Positions 16,521 to 25,856 of a stretch of 33,719 nt of DNA are shown one piece after another. The stretch comes from a virus (lineage: Duplodnaviria > Caudoviricetes). The stretch is from positions 1-33,719 of the IMG/VR virus record IMGVR_UViG_3300025018_000081; one strand, written 5' to 3'. Positions within the stretch are counted from its first letter, which is position 1. Each line of letters begins with the position of its first letter. The notes under the pieces are model-generated. The model saw only the letters and a list, made by a program, of their open reading frames with translations, was not told the origin of the DNA and ran no database searches. Made by a program: the position numbers and the translations under genes.

Positions 16521-16895
16521 GTGAAAGAATATAAACCACCAAAATGGCGAACAGTAGAAGAATTACAAATTAAAATAGATAAATATTTTAATGACTGTCA
16601 ATTAAGTGGTGAGCCACTAACGATAACGGGCTTAGCTTTAGCACTTGATACAAATAGGCAAACGCTCATCAATTATCAAGCTAAAGAGGGATTTGACGAA
16701 GTTATAGATAAGGCAAAACTAATGATAGAAAACGCCTATGAAATACGACTTATAAATAGTGGTAGATCGGGCGATATTTTCGCACTTAAAAACTTTGGAT
16801 GGACAGATAAACAAGAAATAGATACCAATGTTAAAATGAATAAATCGTCAGTGGATGAGTTAATAGATTCAATTAATAATATAAAAGGCGAATAA
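16521..16895 (+). CDS. terS: Terminase small subunit
   Basis: PLTITGLALALD.NRQTLINY...FALKNFGWTDKQE; AAGGAG before GTG 16521; directly precedes terL. Confidence 0.85.
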   Translation: MKEYKPPKWRTVEELQIKIDKYFNDCQLSGEPLTITGLALALDTNRQTLINYQAKEGFDEVIDKAKLMIENAYEIRLINSGRSGDIFALKNFGWTDKQEIDTNVKMNKSSVDELIDSINNIKGE

Positions 16896-18241
16896 TGAAG
16901 TTATCAAAAAAGTATTATGACTTTATTTTAGACGATTCTAAAGTTGATATACTTGAAGGAACAACACAGGCTGGTAAAACAACAACGGCAATAAACACAA
17001 AATTTTTATATAAGGTTAAAACATCAAATAGAAGAAAACATTTAATAGCAAGTGAAAGCTTGGGTGTCCTTGTAAGCAATATATTATCAACTGGTGATTG
17101 TGGCTTATTAGACAACTATCCCGATATAGAACTATATTTAAACGGATCTAATGAACAGAAATTGCCACACTTGAAGATTGAAAATGATATAATATATTTA
17201 GTAGGATATAGTGATGTTGCAAGATTTAAAAAGGTATTAGGTGGACAATTCGGAGCGGTATTTATAGACGAAGCTAATATTGCTGATATGTCTTTCATAA
17301 GAGAATTGTTTTTGCCACGATTTGAATATTGTTGCATGACACTAAATCCCGATAATCCCGACAAAGATATATATACAGAAATAATAAACAGAGCAAGACC
17401 AATTGACAAATATAAAGATGATGTCCCTAAATGGATATGGGAAGAACTGAACAAAGGTACGTCTAGAGAAAATTGGCGATACTGGTTTTTTAATTTTGAT
17501 GATAATCCAACAATGACCGAAGAATTAAAGAATAATCTACTCACTTCTTTGCTTCCTGAAACAAGAGAATATCAAACAAAGATATTGGGAAAAAGAACGA
17601 AGGGAACTGGGCTTATATTTATATTGCCAAATGATAACATAATAACAGAACGATACGCAATGTATGAAAATTGGCAGGAGCAAGATGTTGATAAACTAGC
17701 AAGACGACAATATGCTAAACTAACAATAGGTGTAGATACAGCTTATTCAAGACAAAGTGATGATACTTTTGTCTTTATATTAAGTGGTATAACAAACAAG
17801 GGAACACTTATTATTCTTGAAGAAAAAGCGATGAATAATAAAGGATTGGCGACACCACTAACACCAAGCGATATAGCGGTAAAATTGGATGAGTTTGTTG
17901 AATTTTGTAGCAATAAATGGGGTATTGTTAAGTCCGTGTTTATTGATAGTGCAGACCAAGCAACAATAACAGAATGCCAAAAATACAGAAGAGTAAACGG
18001 CAGAAGCTACACGATATTCCCTGCTTGGAAACAAACAAAGGTAATAGATAGAATAAATTTACAAAATAGTTGGATTGCAAAAAAACAGTATTTAATAGTA
18101 GAAACATGTAAAGAACACATAAAAGAACATTATACATATAGTTGGTTACCAAACAAAGACGAGCCTGAAGATGGAAACGATCATTCAATAAACGCTTGCC
18201 AATATAGTTGGCTACCATATAAATCTCAAATAGGAGTGTGA
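16895..18241 (+). CDS. terL: Terminase large subunit
   Basis: Walker A EGTTQAGKTT, Walker B VFIDEA, TLNPD, nuclease GVDTAY...DGNDHSINA. Confidence 0.93.
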   Translation: MKLSKKYYDFILDDSKVDILEGTTQAGKTTTAINTKFLYKVKTSNRRKHLIASESLGVLVSNILSTGDCGLLDNYPDIELYLNGSNEQKLPHLKIENDIIYLVGYSDVARFKKVLGGQFGAVFIDEANIADMSFIRELFLPRFEYCCMTLNPDNPDKDIYTEIINRARPIDKYKDDVPKWIWEELNKGTSRENWRYWFFNFDDNPTMTEELKNNLLTSLLPETREYQTKILGKRTKGTGLIFILPNDNIITERYAMYENWQEQDVDKLARRQYAKLTIGVDTAYSRQSDDTFVFILSGITNKGTLIILEEKAMNNKGLATPLTPSDIAVKLDEFVEFCSNKWGIVKSVFIDSADQATITECQKYRRVNGRSYTIFPAWKQTKVIDRINLQNSWIAKKQYLIVETCKEHIKEHYTYSWLPNKDEPEDGNDHSINACQYSWLPYKSQIGV

Positions 18242-18245
18242 TTAG

Positions 18246-19703
18246 ATGAAACTAAAAGATAGAATAGGGGCGGGAATAAGTAATTTCCTATACCCTTATA
18301 TACAAAATCAATATAGAATGAAAGGTGATTATATGAAAATGCCAATAGAAAGAGATCAATATTTATTAGAAGAAAAATACTTGTGGTTTTTGGGTTGCGA
18401 AGATTTGTTAGCGGACTTTTATCAAACGAAGACGCATAGTTTTTCACTAGTAGATACTAGAGCAGAATATTATTATTCTAATGTAGGAACTAATGTTAGA
18501 ATAGTACATAGTGGGCTACCAAGTTTAATATCTTATAGCAAAGCAAGACTTTTAATGAGTGGTGGACTAGAGTTGTTAGTAACTAATGGTGATAAAGAAG
18601 ATAAAAAAACAACTGAATTATTGAATGCAATCTATGACGACAATAAAATGAACACCCTAATTAAAGAATCGGTTGTTACAGAAAGTTGGGGTAAAAAGTT
18701 TGCTTGGAAGATCAGCAACGATTCAGAAGCCAGCGATTATCCAATAGTAGAATTATATAAACCACAAAACTATAGATCTGTTTATAAAAGGGGTAGATTA
18801 TTTGAATTAATCTTTTTAAATGAATATAAAAAAGATGATACAACTTACAGATTAGAAGAAACGTATGGAAAAGGCTATATAACATATAAACTCTTTCAAT
18901 GTAATAAAATGGGTAATGATGTACCAGCTAATTTAGAAGACTTAGAAGAAACAGCGGGGCTTGAAGATGTTACTTGGAAAACTCCGAGAATGTTGGCGGG
19001 CGAAAAGGTTGTTGAAAAATCAGATTATGACGGTATAATTGGTGAATTTGACGCACTTGACGAAGCTTGGTCACAACTAATGGACGAAATAAGACTTGGC
19101 AGAAGTGAAATGTATGTGCCAGAAATGTTACTTACAAATAGAACATTTAACAAATTTCGTAAAAATTATGCGGTTTTAGGCAACGATGAGAGAGAAACTG
19201 GCAAAAACGAAGTTAAACATGTTCAACCTGATATAAGAAGCGAACAATACGCAAACACAATATCACTGATAACAAACAATTGTTTGATGGCAGATGGTTT
19301 AAGCCCATTTACAGTTGGAATACAAGACGAAGTGGGATCAAATGCCAGTGGTTACTCAATGACTAAAAGAGAAGCAACTTCACTAAGAACTCGCAACGAA
19401 ATGATGAGCAGTTGGGAAGAGTTTTTAGATGATATGTTAGATACAGTGTTATTTGCCAACAACTTATTTAATGGAACAATGTATAATGAAAAATTAGAGG
19501 TAAAAACCTCATTTGGCAATTATATAAGCCCAACAAGAAAAGAACTTATTGAAGAAGTTAAACTTATGGTGGACGCCGAAATGATAGATAAAGAAAAAGC
19601 ACTTGACGAAGTTTATGGCGATGAAATAGATGAAAATGAGAAGATAAGAATATTAAACAATCTAGGAAGTATAGCTTTTGAAGAAACTCCAATTGAGGAG
19701 TGA
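18246..19703 (+). CDS. Portal protein (A118/SPP1-like)
   Basis: 485 aa after terL; SDY...FDALDEAWSQLMDEIRLGR...YVPE...IR.EQY pattern. Confidence 0.88.
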   Translation: MKLKDRIGAGISNFLYPYIQNQYRMKGDYMKMPIERDQYLLEEKYLWFLGCEDLLADFYQTKTHSFSLVDTRAEYYYSNVGTNVRIVHSGLPSLISYSKARLLMSGGLELLVTNGDKEDKKTTELLNAIYDDNKMNTLIKESVVTESWGKKFAWKISNDSEASDYPIVELYKPQNYRSVYKRGRLFELIFLNEYKKDDTTYRLEETYGKGYITYKLFQCNKMGNDVPANLEDLEETAGLEDVTWKTPRMLAGEKVVEKSDYDGIIGEFDALDEAWSQLMDEIRLGRSEMYVPEMLLTNRTFNKFRKNYAVLGNDERETGKNEVKHVQPDIRSEQYANTISLITNNCLMADGLSPFTVGIQDEVGSNASGYSMTKREATSLRTRNEMMSSWEEFLDDMLDTVLFANNLFNGTMYNEKLEVKTSFGNYISPTRKELIEEVKLMVDAEMIDKEKALDEVYGDEIDENEKIRILNNLGSIAFEETPIEE

Positions 19704-19708
19704 TTTAA

Positions 19709-20512
19709 ATGATTGATAAATTAGATCAACAACAAACAAACGAAATGCTTCAAGAGATAGACAAAAACTATGCGGATCTAAAACTTAATATTCCAAAACC
19801 AAAATACAACAAAAATAACGAATGGGAAAACGAAAAAGAAGTTAAAAGAGCCTTAAAATTAATATTACCCATCATATTGGCTTTGTGGATTAAAAACAGT
19901 ACCATTATAGACACAAAAAGTCGCAAAACGATAGAGTATAACATAATTTACTATTCGCTCTTAAAAGTAAAGCAAAAAACCTCTAAAACAATGTTGACAA
20001 AAAAAGAGTGGACTAGGATTGTAGATGATATTGTTAGGAAAAGGCAAAAAAAAATACATATAAATCAAGTTATTAGAGGAAATGCACGACTTTTAAATAA
20101 AAAAGTTCAAAACACAGTGGTTGAAATGTATAAAAATGGTAAGAATTATAAACAAACAGCTAAAGAATTGCAAAAAATATATGGTTACAACAAAAACAAA
20201 GCCAAATCAATTGCAATAACGGAAAAAAACTATTATAAGAGTGAGGCACAACTACAAGGAATTAAGAATTTGGATGTAAAAAAGATATGGGTTTATAATT
20301 ACATAGCAAAAGAGCCTAGAGAGGCTCATTTGGCAGCTGATGGACAAATGGCAAATAAAAAAGGATTATTTAATGTTGGTGGACTTTTAACTGAAGCACC
20401 GCAGCATTTTGGAATGCCTAGTGAAGACATCAATTGTCATTGTACAATGAGAACAGAAACAAAAGAAACAATATCAAAAGAAGAATTAAATAAATATTTA
20501 GGGGGTAATTAA
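19709..20512 (+). CDS. Minor head protein (Mu gpF / SPP1 gp7-like)
   Basis: K.W....PREAH...DGQ....F....P......EDINCHCT C-terminal motif; follows the portal gene. Confidence 0.82.
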   Translation: MIDKLDQQQTNEMLQEIDKNYADLKLNIPKPKYNKNNEWENEKEVKRALKLILPIILALWIKNSTIIDTKSRKTIEYNIIYYSLLKVKQKTSKTMLTKKEWTRIVDDIVRKRQKKIHINQVIRGNARLLNKKVQNTVVEMYKNGKNYKQTAKELQKIYGYNKNKAKSIAITEKNYYKSEAQLQGIKNLDVKKIWVYNYIAKEPREAHLAADGQMANKKGLFNVGGLLTEAPQHFGMPSEDINCHCTMRTETKETISKEELNKYLGGN

Positions 20513-20513
20513 A

Positions 20514-21218
20514 ATGTCAGATATTATAAAAATAATAGACAATGAGAATGAAACACTTGATATAGTAAATGGTAAGTTACAAACACAAAGCCCAACTTGT
20601 GATGAACTTCAAACAACATCAAATGAATTGCTAACTGATGTTAAAGCAAATCAAACAAATGGAACACAAGCAACTAAATTTGTTGATGAAGCGGGAAATC
20701 CTGCAGAAGTAGATGATTCAACGCACACACTACAGACAATAGAATATGAACATCATTAGATACATAGTGGCTCGCACTTTTTCTATGCTGATTATGACAA
20801 TGATGTAGATACAAGTGCACCAAAATATTATAGAATAACAACACCAAATACAACAAAATGGGCACATATGCTTTTTGTGTTATATTCAGAAGGTATCGGA
20901 ACTTGGCAACTATTTGAAAATCCAACAGTAAATGCCGTTGGTACACCTGCAACCATATTTAACAGCAATAGAAATTCTGCCACAACAGCAACAATAATAG
21001 TAGCAACAGATCCAACATCGACATCAGATGGCACACTATTAAAAACATTTAGAACAGGAACAGGAACAAACGCACCCACAAGGGTTGGCAACGAAGTTTC
21101 AAGAACTAGTGAAATTATACTAAAACAAAATGAAGACTATTTTTTGAAATTTACACCTGATGCCGATAATGCAAAAACAAAAATAGAATTAGAGTGGTAT
21201 GAACATACCAATAGATAA
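20514..21218 (+). pseudogene. Head-module beta-rich protein interrupted by an in-frame TAG at 20757-20759 (or read through)
   Basis: The 20514 and 20868 ORFs share a frame, and the gap is open: ...IEYEHH*IHSGSHFFYADYDND...KWAHMLFV... Confidence 0.7.
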
Positions 21219-21257
21219 AATTCTACACACAATAATTAACTAGCAATAGTTTATTAT

Positions 21258-21305
21258 GGTTGAACATTGTAACCTTAAATCAATGGAATTAATAGTCGAC
21301 GGACT
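21258..21305 (+). promoter_or_regulatory. Structured RNA leader of the scaffold gene (H-type pseudoknot plus hairpin)
   Basis: GGTT(21258-61)/AACC(21271-74) crossed with CATTG(21265-69)/CAATG(21281-85); then TAGTC-GACG-GACTA hairpin. Confidence 0.55.
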
Positions 21306-21324
21306 AAAAATGGGAAGGAAACTT

Positions 21325-21894
21325 ATGGAAGATAAGGAAAAAACAGTTACACCTGCTGAGACGAAAGTTGAAAAAGTGGAAGAAAAAATGCTTACTCAAG
21401 CAGAAGTGGATGATCTTATTAAAGAAAGACTTATGCGCGAGAAGAACAAGTTTGCTAAAGATTTGGGAATTGGTGAAGATTTTGACAAATCAAAATATGA
21501 GGAGTATAAAAAATTTATTGAAAGCCAAAAAACAGAAGCAGACAAACTAGCTGAAGAAAATGTGAAGTTGAAAGAAGAAAAAGAACTAGCATTAAAAGAA
21601 GTTAGAAACTCAAAGATAGAAAGAGCGGTTGACGATGTCCTAAAAGGGCTGGAAGTTGATACTAAATACTCAAAAACTATCTTAAAATTGGCGGATTTAA
21701 GCGAGATTGAAGAAATATCAAACGAAAGTTTAAAACCAATAATTCAAAAGACTATTGAAGAAGAACTACCAATGCTTATCAATGGTGAAAAAATTAAAAT
21801 TGGTGCGGATAAGCCTGATGATCCGAAACCAACATCAGGAATCAAGGATTATTTAGATAAAAAATATTCAAATAGTCCATATTACAAAAAATAG
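21325..21894 (+). CDS. Capsid scaffolding protein
   Basis: Highly charged coiled-coil, LTQAEVDDLIKERL.RE motif; GGAAGGA SD before ATG 21325; directly upstream of MCP. Confidence 0.85.
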   Translation: MEDKEKTVTPAETKVEKVEEKMLTQAEVDDLIKERLMREKNKFAKDLGIGEDFDKSKYEEYKKFIESQKTEADKLAEENVKLKEEKELALKEVRNSKIERAVDDVLKGLEVDTKYSKTILKLADLSEIEEISNESLKPIIQKTIEEELPMLINGEKIKIGADKPDDPKPTSGIKDYLDKKYSNSPYYKK

Positions 21895-21913
21895 AAGAAA
21901 GGAAAAATAGAAT

Positions 21914-22789
21914 ATGGCAGTTATTTATAACACACAATATGTTGATGAGAAATACTCACCAATAGTAGAACCAAATCTTTATTATGATTCAGTTTTACAA
22001 CCAAACTTAACATTTACAGACAAATACACAATGGGACGAGCAGGAGGTTATTTTGTTCATAAGTTGGGAGCAGGCTCTTTACTTGCACCAACAACTCCAG
22101 CAGGAGACTTTTCAGGAGCAGTTACAGCTGATACTTTGATTCAAATTATCTTAAACAACGCTTTCAGAAAAGAAGAAAAAATCTATGCAGTTACAGCTGC
22201 TTCAGTATCTTATGACAAAGCAGAGGCTGAATTCCAAAGAACAATCAGAGAAGCAAGTATTGGATGGCAAGCTTCAGGTGTTGCATGTATGGCTCATGAA
22301 GCTAGTGAATATGGCGATACAACGGCTATTACAGACAGCAATATTAAAGACTACTGGATCGCATTAAGAAAATATCTTAAAGACAAAAAAGCTACTCCAA
22401 ACTTTGGACTAGTATCAACATCAGTCTATGAAGAATATTTACAAGCAGTTGGTGACGAATATACTCCAATGAGAAATGACGCTATCATGGCTAACGCTCG
22501 TGGCGGTATGTATTTCGGTATGCCTATAATTGAATGTAATTTATTCAATGAAACGGCAGTTACATATTATGACTATGCAGGAACATTACAATCTGTAAAC
22601 TTAAGCCACATTGATGTTATCATGGGCGACTTTGAAGCTTTCTCAGTATTAACTAATTTAAACACAATGAGAATTATTGATACAGAAGACTTTGTAGGTG
22701 TAAAAGCTCAAGTTGAAATGAATAGTGGATTTAGAGTTACAAACTCAGACAGAATCGTAGTTAAAACAAATACTTCAACAAGTATTTAA
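21914..22789 (+). CDS. Major capsid protein
   Basis: 291 aa after the scaffold gene; YVDEKYS...G.YFGMPIIE.N...SEDF-like TEDFVG.KAQVE...G.RVTN pattern of HK97-fold MCPs. Confidence 0.88.
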   Translation: MAVIYNTQYVDEKYSPIVEPNLYYDSVLQPNLTFTDKYTMGRAGGYFVHKLGAGSLLAPTTPAGDFSGAVTADTLIQIILNNAFRKEEKIYAVTAASVSYDKAEAEFQRTIREASIGWQASGVACMAHEASEYGDTTAITDSNIKDYWIALRKYLKDKKATPNFGLVSTSVYEEYLQAVGDEYTPMRNDAIMANARGGMYFGMPIIECNLFNETAVTYYDYAGTLQSVNLSHIDVIMGDFEAFSVLTNLNTMRIIDTEDFVGVKAQVEMNSGFRVTNSDRIVVKTNTSTSI

Positions 22790-22808
22790 TTGAAAGGAGT
22801 GATAACTT

Positions 22809-23183
22809 ATGGCAATTACTAGAACACAATATATAACGGTTGCCGAGTTAAACGAAATATTGGGGGTATCTACTTATACAAGTGCTGACCTATTAAAAAT
22901 ATATGAAGCCAGCGAACTATTAGAATATTATATGAATGATTCTTATAATACATATGATACCTCTGATGCTCCTAATGAACTAAAATTAGCAACAGCTTAT
23001 CAATTAGAATATATGGAAGGCAACGATGATGATTCGTATGATTCAGGAAGTGAGGGCTTTTCTTTAGGAAAATTCTCATTAAATGGCGACAATACCAGTG
23101 GATATAACGGAGAATATCAGAAAATAGCACCAAAAACGAGAAGATATTTAGTTGAAGGCGGACTTACTAGGAGGCTTTTATGA
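22809..23183 (+). CDS. Head-tail connector/adaptor
   Basis: YITVAEL...LKLATAYQLEY...GFSLGKFS...YL..GGL; position after MCP. Confidence 0.8.
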   Translation: MAITRTQYITVAELNEILGVSTYTSADLLKIYEASELLEYYMNDSYNTYDTSDAPNELKLATAYQLEYMEGNDDDSYDSGSEGFSLGKFSLNGDNTSGYNGEYQKIAPKTRRYLVEGGLTRRLL

Positions 23184-23335
23184 AAGGGAAATACATTAAA
23201 GTAAAATGTGGGGCAATAACAAAACTTGTTCCCAAAGGCTCTTTAAAGTGGTATCTCGCAGCTAGGTATAAAATAATAGAGGATGAGGTTAAAAATGAAA
23301 CTAAAACCAATACCACTAAAACTACTACCAAATAG
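23180..23335 (+). CDS. Small head-module protein (51 aa)
   Basis: AGGAGG SD and ATGA overlap; MKGKYIKVKCGAITKLVPKGSLKWYLAARYKIIED... Confidence 0.55.
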   Translation: MKGKYIKVKCGAITKLVPKGSLKWYLAARYKIIEDEVKNETKTNTTKTTTK

Positions 23336-23630
23336 CGTTACATATTATGCTTATAGCGAGGACACTGGTGAAGGCTCTTCTTGGGGAAGTGCTACAACTT
23401 TATCAAATGTAAAAGTTGATGAGCAAAAGCAATTTATCTCTAGTTTAAATGGTAGAGAAATAATGGGTAAAGCAATGTTGTTTTATGATTGCACAAATTC
23501 AAGTGGATTAACAGGAATACCTTTAAACGAAAGTAAAATTTTGTTTAATGGCAGAACTTATTATGTGGTTGATACCGACATATTAAGAAGCGAGGAAACT
23601 CCACACCACTATGAGATTTTATTAAAATGA
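23295..23630 (+). CDS. Head-closure protein (A118 'minor capsid'-like)
   Basis: PIP.KLLP.SVTY...W.....LSNVKVD...KI.FNGR.Y.V...PHHYEI.L. Confidence 0.78.
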   Translation: MKLKPIPLKLLPNSVTYYAYSEDTGEGSSWGSATTLSNVKVDEQKQFISSLNGREIMGKAMLFYDCTNSSGLTGIPLNESKILFNGRTYYVVDTDILRSEETPHHYEILLK

Positions 23631-23980
23631 AACGTTTTAACAATTTTTCTAGTGCGTTTAACTGGATTGATAGTTTAATTACAAAAACAACAAAGCCAGC
23701 AATTGAAGCAATAGCTAAACAAGAATATAAAGATAGCAGAGAATATACCTATATAGATACAGGTAAAATGTATAGAAGTGGGGAAAATAGTGATTTTAGC
23801 AATGGTTTTGTTACTATTAAAGCCTCACAAGCAAAATGGCTATATTATACAACTTGGATTCAAGCAGGAGCGGGAAATCCTAGGGCTGTGCCACAGTGGC
23901 ACGAACAAATTAAATCAGAAAATATGGATAAATACATAAAAATATATACTGATAAATTTAACGATATAAAGAAAGGGTGA
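23627..23980 (+). CDS. Neck/tail-completion protein (minor capsid 2 / gp10-like)
   Basis: Y.YIDTG.MYRSG...A..LYY...NPRA..QW.E; synteny. Confidence 0.72.
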   Translation: MKRFNNFSSAFNWIDSLITKTTKPAIEAIAKQEYKDSREYTYIDTGKMYRSGENSDFSNGFVTIKASQAKWLYYTTWIQAGAGNPRAVPQWHEQIKSENMDKYIKIYTDKFNDIKKG

Positions 23981-23984
23981 TACT

Positions 23985-24374
23985 ATGAATATTGAAGCTT
24001 TTATCACAAAAATAAGAAATTTAATAGCAGATGGAACGACTTTAGCACTTGCTGATGTTTATTCTCCGCAATTACCACAAGAGAAAGAAAATATATGTGC
24101 TGTAACTTTGGTGGGAGGAAACCCACAATATAATTTATGCGGCAGTTCACATTTAGAAATTACTTTTAGGGTGCTTGTAAGGGGAACAACAAACGATACA
24201 ACAACAAGAGCTTTGGTTGATGATGTATATTCGGCTTTAAATTTACAAAACAATATTACATCAGGAACAAACACAATAGTTAATATTCTTGCTAGTACCA
24301 CCCCAATTTATGTTGGAAAAGATGAAAACCAAAGAATATTATATAATATTACTTTTAGATCAATAGTAGAATGA
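23985..24374 (+). CDS. Tail terminator protein (minor capsid 3-like)
   Basis: FRVLVRG...PIYVGKDENQR..Y.I.F; synteny. Confidence 0.75.
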   Translation: MNIEAFITKIRNLIADGTTLALADVYSPQLPQEKENICAVTLVGGNPQYNLCGSSHLEITFRVLVRGTTNDTTTRALVDDVYSALNLQNNITSGTNTIVNILASTTPIYVGKDENQRILYNITFRSIVE

Positions 24375-24387
24375 AAGGAGAAGCAAT

Positions 24388-24831
24388 ATGGATACGAATA
24401 CAGATAAATTCTTATTATATTTTGACATAAGCGCAACAGCATCACCAGATTTTGAACAACTTTGTCCTCTTAATATAGACTATGACCAAGGCGAAACTTT
24501 AGATAGTTGGAATGACCTATGTTCTAGTTTAATGAACAATGTAAAAACATCAATTGACCCTACATGGAGTACAAGTTTTAAATTTAAAACTACAGACCCA
24601 GTAGCTCAATTTATTTTGGGTAAAGAGTTTGCAGTTGGCGACGAAGCTACTTGTGATGTTAAATTAGTGAATTTACTAAAAGGAACGACAGGAAAACAAA
24701 TTGACTTCACAGCAACATTAAGCAACATTAATTATAGTGCGGTAACAGAAGAAGTGTTACAAGTTGACTTTGACATCAAAGTTTACGATAACACAACATT
24801 CGCCGAATCAAATTACGCAGGATCAATTTAG
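24388..24831 (+). CDS. Major tail tube protein
   Basis: Beta-rich acidic 147 aa after the terminator protein, strong GAAAGGAG SD, followed by a terminator hairpin and the chaperone genes. Confidence 0.8.
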   Translation: MDTNTDKFLLYFDISATASPDFEQLCPLNIDYDQGETLDSWNDLCSSLMNNVKTSIDPTWSTSFKFKTTDPVAQFILGKEFAVGDEATCDVKLVNLLKGTTGKQIDFTATLSNINYSAVTEEVLQVDFDIKVYDNTTFAESNYAGSI

Positions 24832-24871
24832 TATTTAATATGGGGGCTTTTTGCTCCCTAAATACTTTTTA
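24831..24871 (+). terminator. Intrinsic terminator after the tail tube gene
   Basis: GGGGGC-TTTTT-GCTCCC stem extended by GTATTTA/TAAATAC, then a T run. Confidence 0.65.
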
Positions 24872-24885
24872 AGAAAGGGTAGAAA

Positions 24886-25317
24886 ATGATAAAAATAAGC
24901 AAAGGTCAATACGAAGTAGAAGAAGAAGTAGTGTTAATCAATGAAAATGACGAAGAATTATATAAATTTACAATGCAAATAACAGCAGATGAAATGCAAA
25001 AAATAAAAGACATATTATTTAGTGACGATGTAATTAAAACACAAAAGCAAATTGAACTATTAAAATTAGAAAAGAAATACTCTGAAATTGAAAAATTAGA
25101 AGAGGAAATTGGTGATAAAACATTAAAGAAAGACGATGAACTTTATAAAATATGGTTTAAAGAACATTTAAAACCATTTAAAGAGGCTGCTGGTCAATAT
25201 AAGTTTGAAGAAATGACATATAATATTTTAAGTTTTTTTATCAATGCTTTTGTGAAACAGAAAATGGCACCGCTAAATACTACAATTACAGACCTTCAGA
25301 AGATTATTCAAAAATAG
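24886..25317 (+). CDS. Tail assembly chaperone (gpG-like)
   Basis: Lies between tube and tape-measure genes; contains slippery T TTT TTT at 25233-25239. Confidence 0.78.
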   Translation: MIKISKGQYEVEEEVVLINENDEELYKFTMQITADEMQKIKDILFSDDVIKTQKQIELLKLEKKYSEIEKLEEEIGDKTLKKDDELYKIWFKEHLKPFKEAAGQYKFEEMTYNILSFFINAFVKQKMAPLNTTITDLQKIIQK

Positions 25318-25856
25318 ATGTATTAAAGCTTGGTAACGAAGAATATAAATTAAATATTACTTTTAAGAGCATAATACAAATATTGAGATTATTTGAAGAT
25401 AAAACTGAAAATAAAATAGAAAAATCAATCGAGATACTGGGCATTAAAGATCTTTCTAACAAGGAACTTATACTCAATGAGGTCTTCAATTATGTTTTCA
25501 AGCAAAACAATGAAAAAGGCAAGAAAACTTTTGATATGGAACAAGACTTTAAGTACTATTACCCCGATTTTTTAAAATACAACATAGACTTGTTAGAACA
25601 AGATATCTCCTGGTTAAAGTTTGAAAGTATATTACAGGCGATATTTTTAGATAAAAACTCTAATTTATCAAATGTGATGAGTTTTAGAAACTATACAAAA
25701 CCACCAAAAAACTATAAAACTAGTGAAAATGAATATTATAAATATATGATGAATATGAAAAGGGTATTTGCTTTAGATGATAAGGCAAGTGCGGAAGAAA
25801 ACTTAAATAAACTATGGAACTACATAGAGAAAAAGGCGGGTGATACAAATGAATGA
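25239..25856 (+). CDS. Tail assembly chaperone -1 frame extension (gpT / A118 gp15-like)
   Basis: -1 frame open from 25224 to 25856; FD.EQDF.Y....F..YNIDL.....SW.KF...L.....S.LS.VM.FR pattern. Confidence 0.78.
   Translation, partial: YQCFCETENGTAKYYNYRPSEDYSKIDVLKLGNEEYKLNITFKSIIQILRLFEDKTENKIEKSIEILGIKDLSNKELILNEVFNYVFKQNNEKGKKTFDMEQDFKYYYPDFLKYNIDLLEQDISWLKFESILQAIFLDKNSNLSNVMSFRNYTKPPKNYKTSENEYYKYMMNMKRVFALDDKASAEENLNKLWNYIEKKAGDTNE

Noticed and set aside
20757-20759. Genome-wide TAG reassignment (alternative genetic code)
   Set aside because: TAG ends many genes exactly at expected C-termini (SSB ..LPF, scaffold, tail tube, IbrA-like), often right before the next SD; only one gene is interrupted
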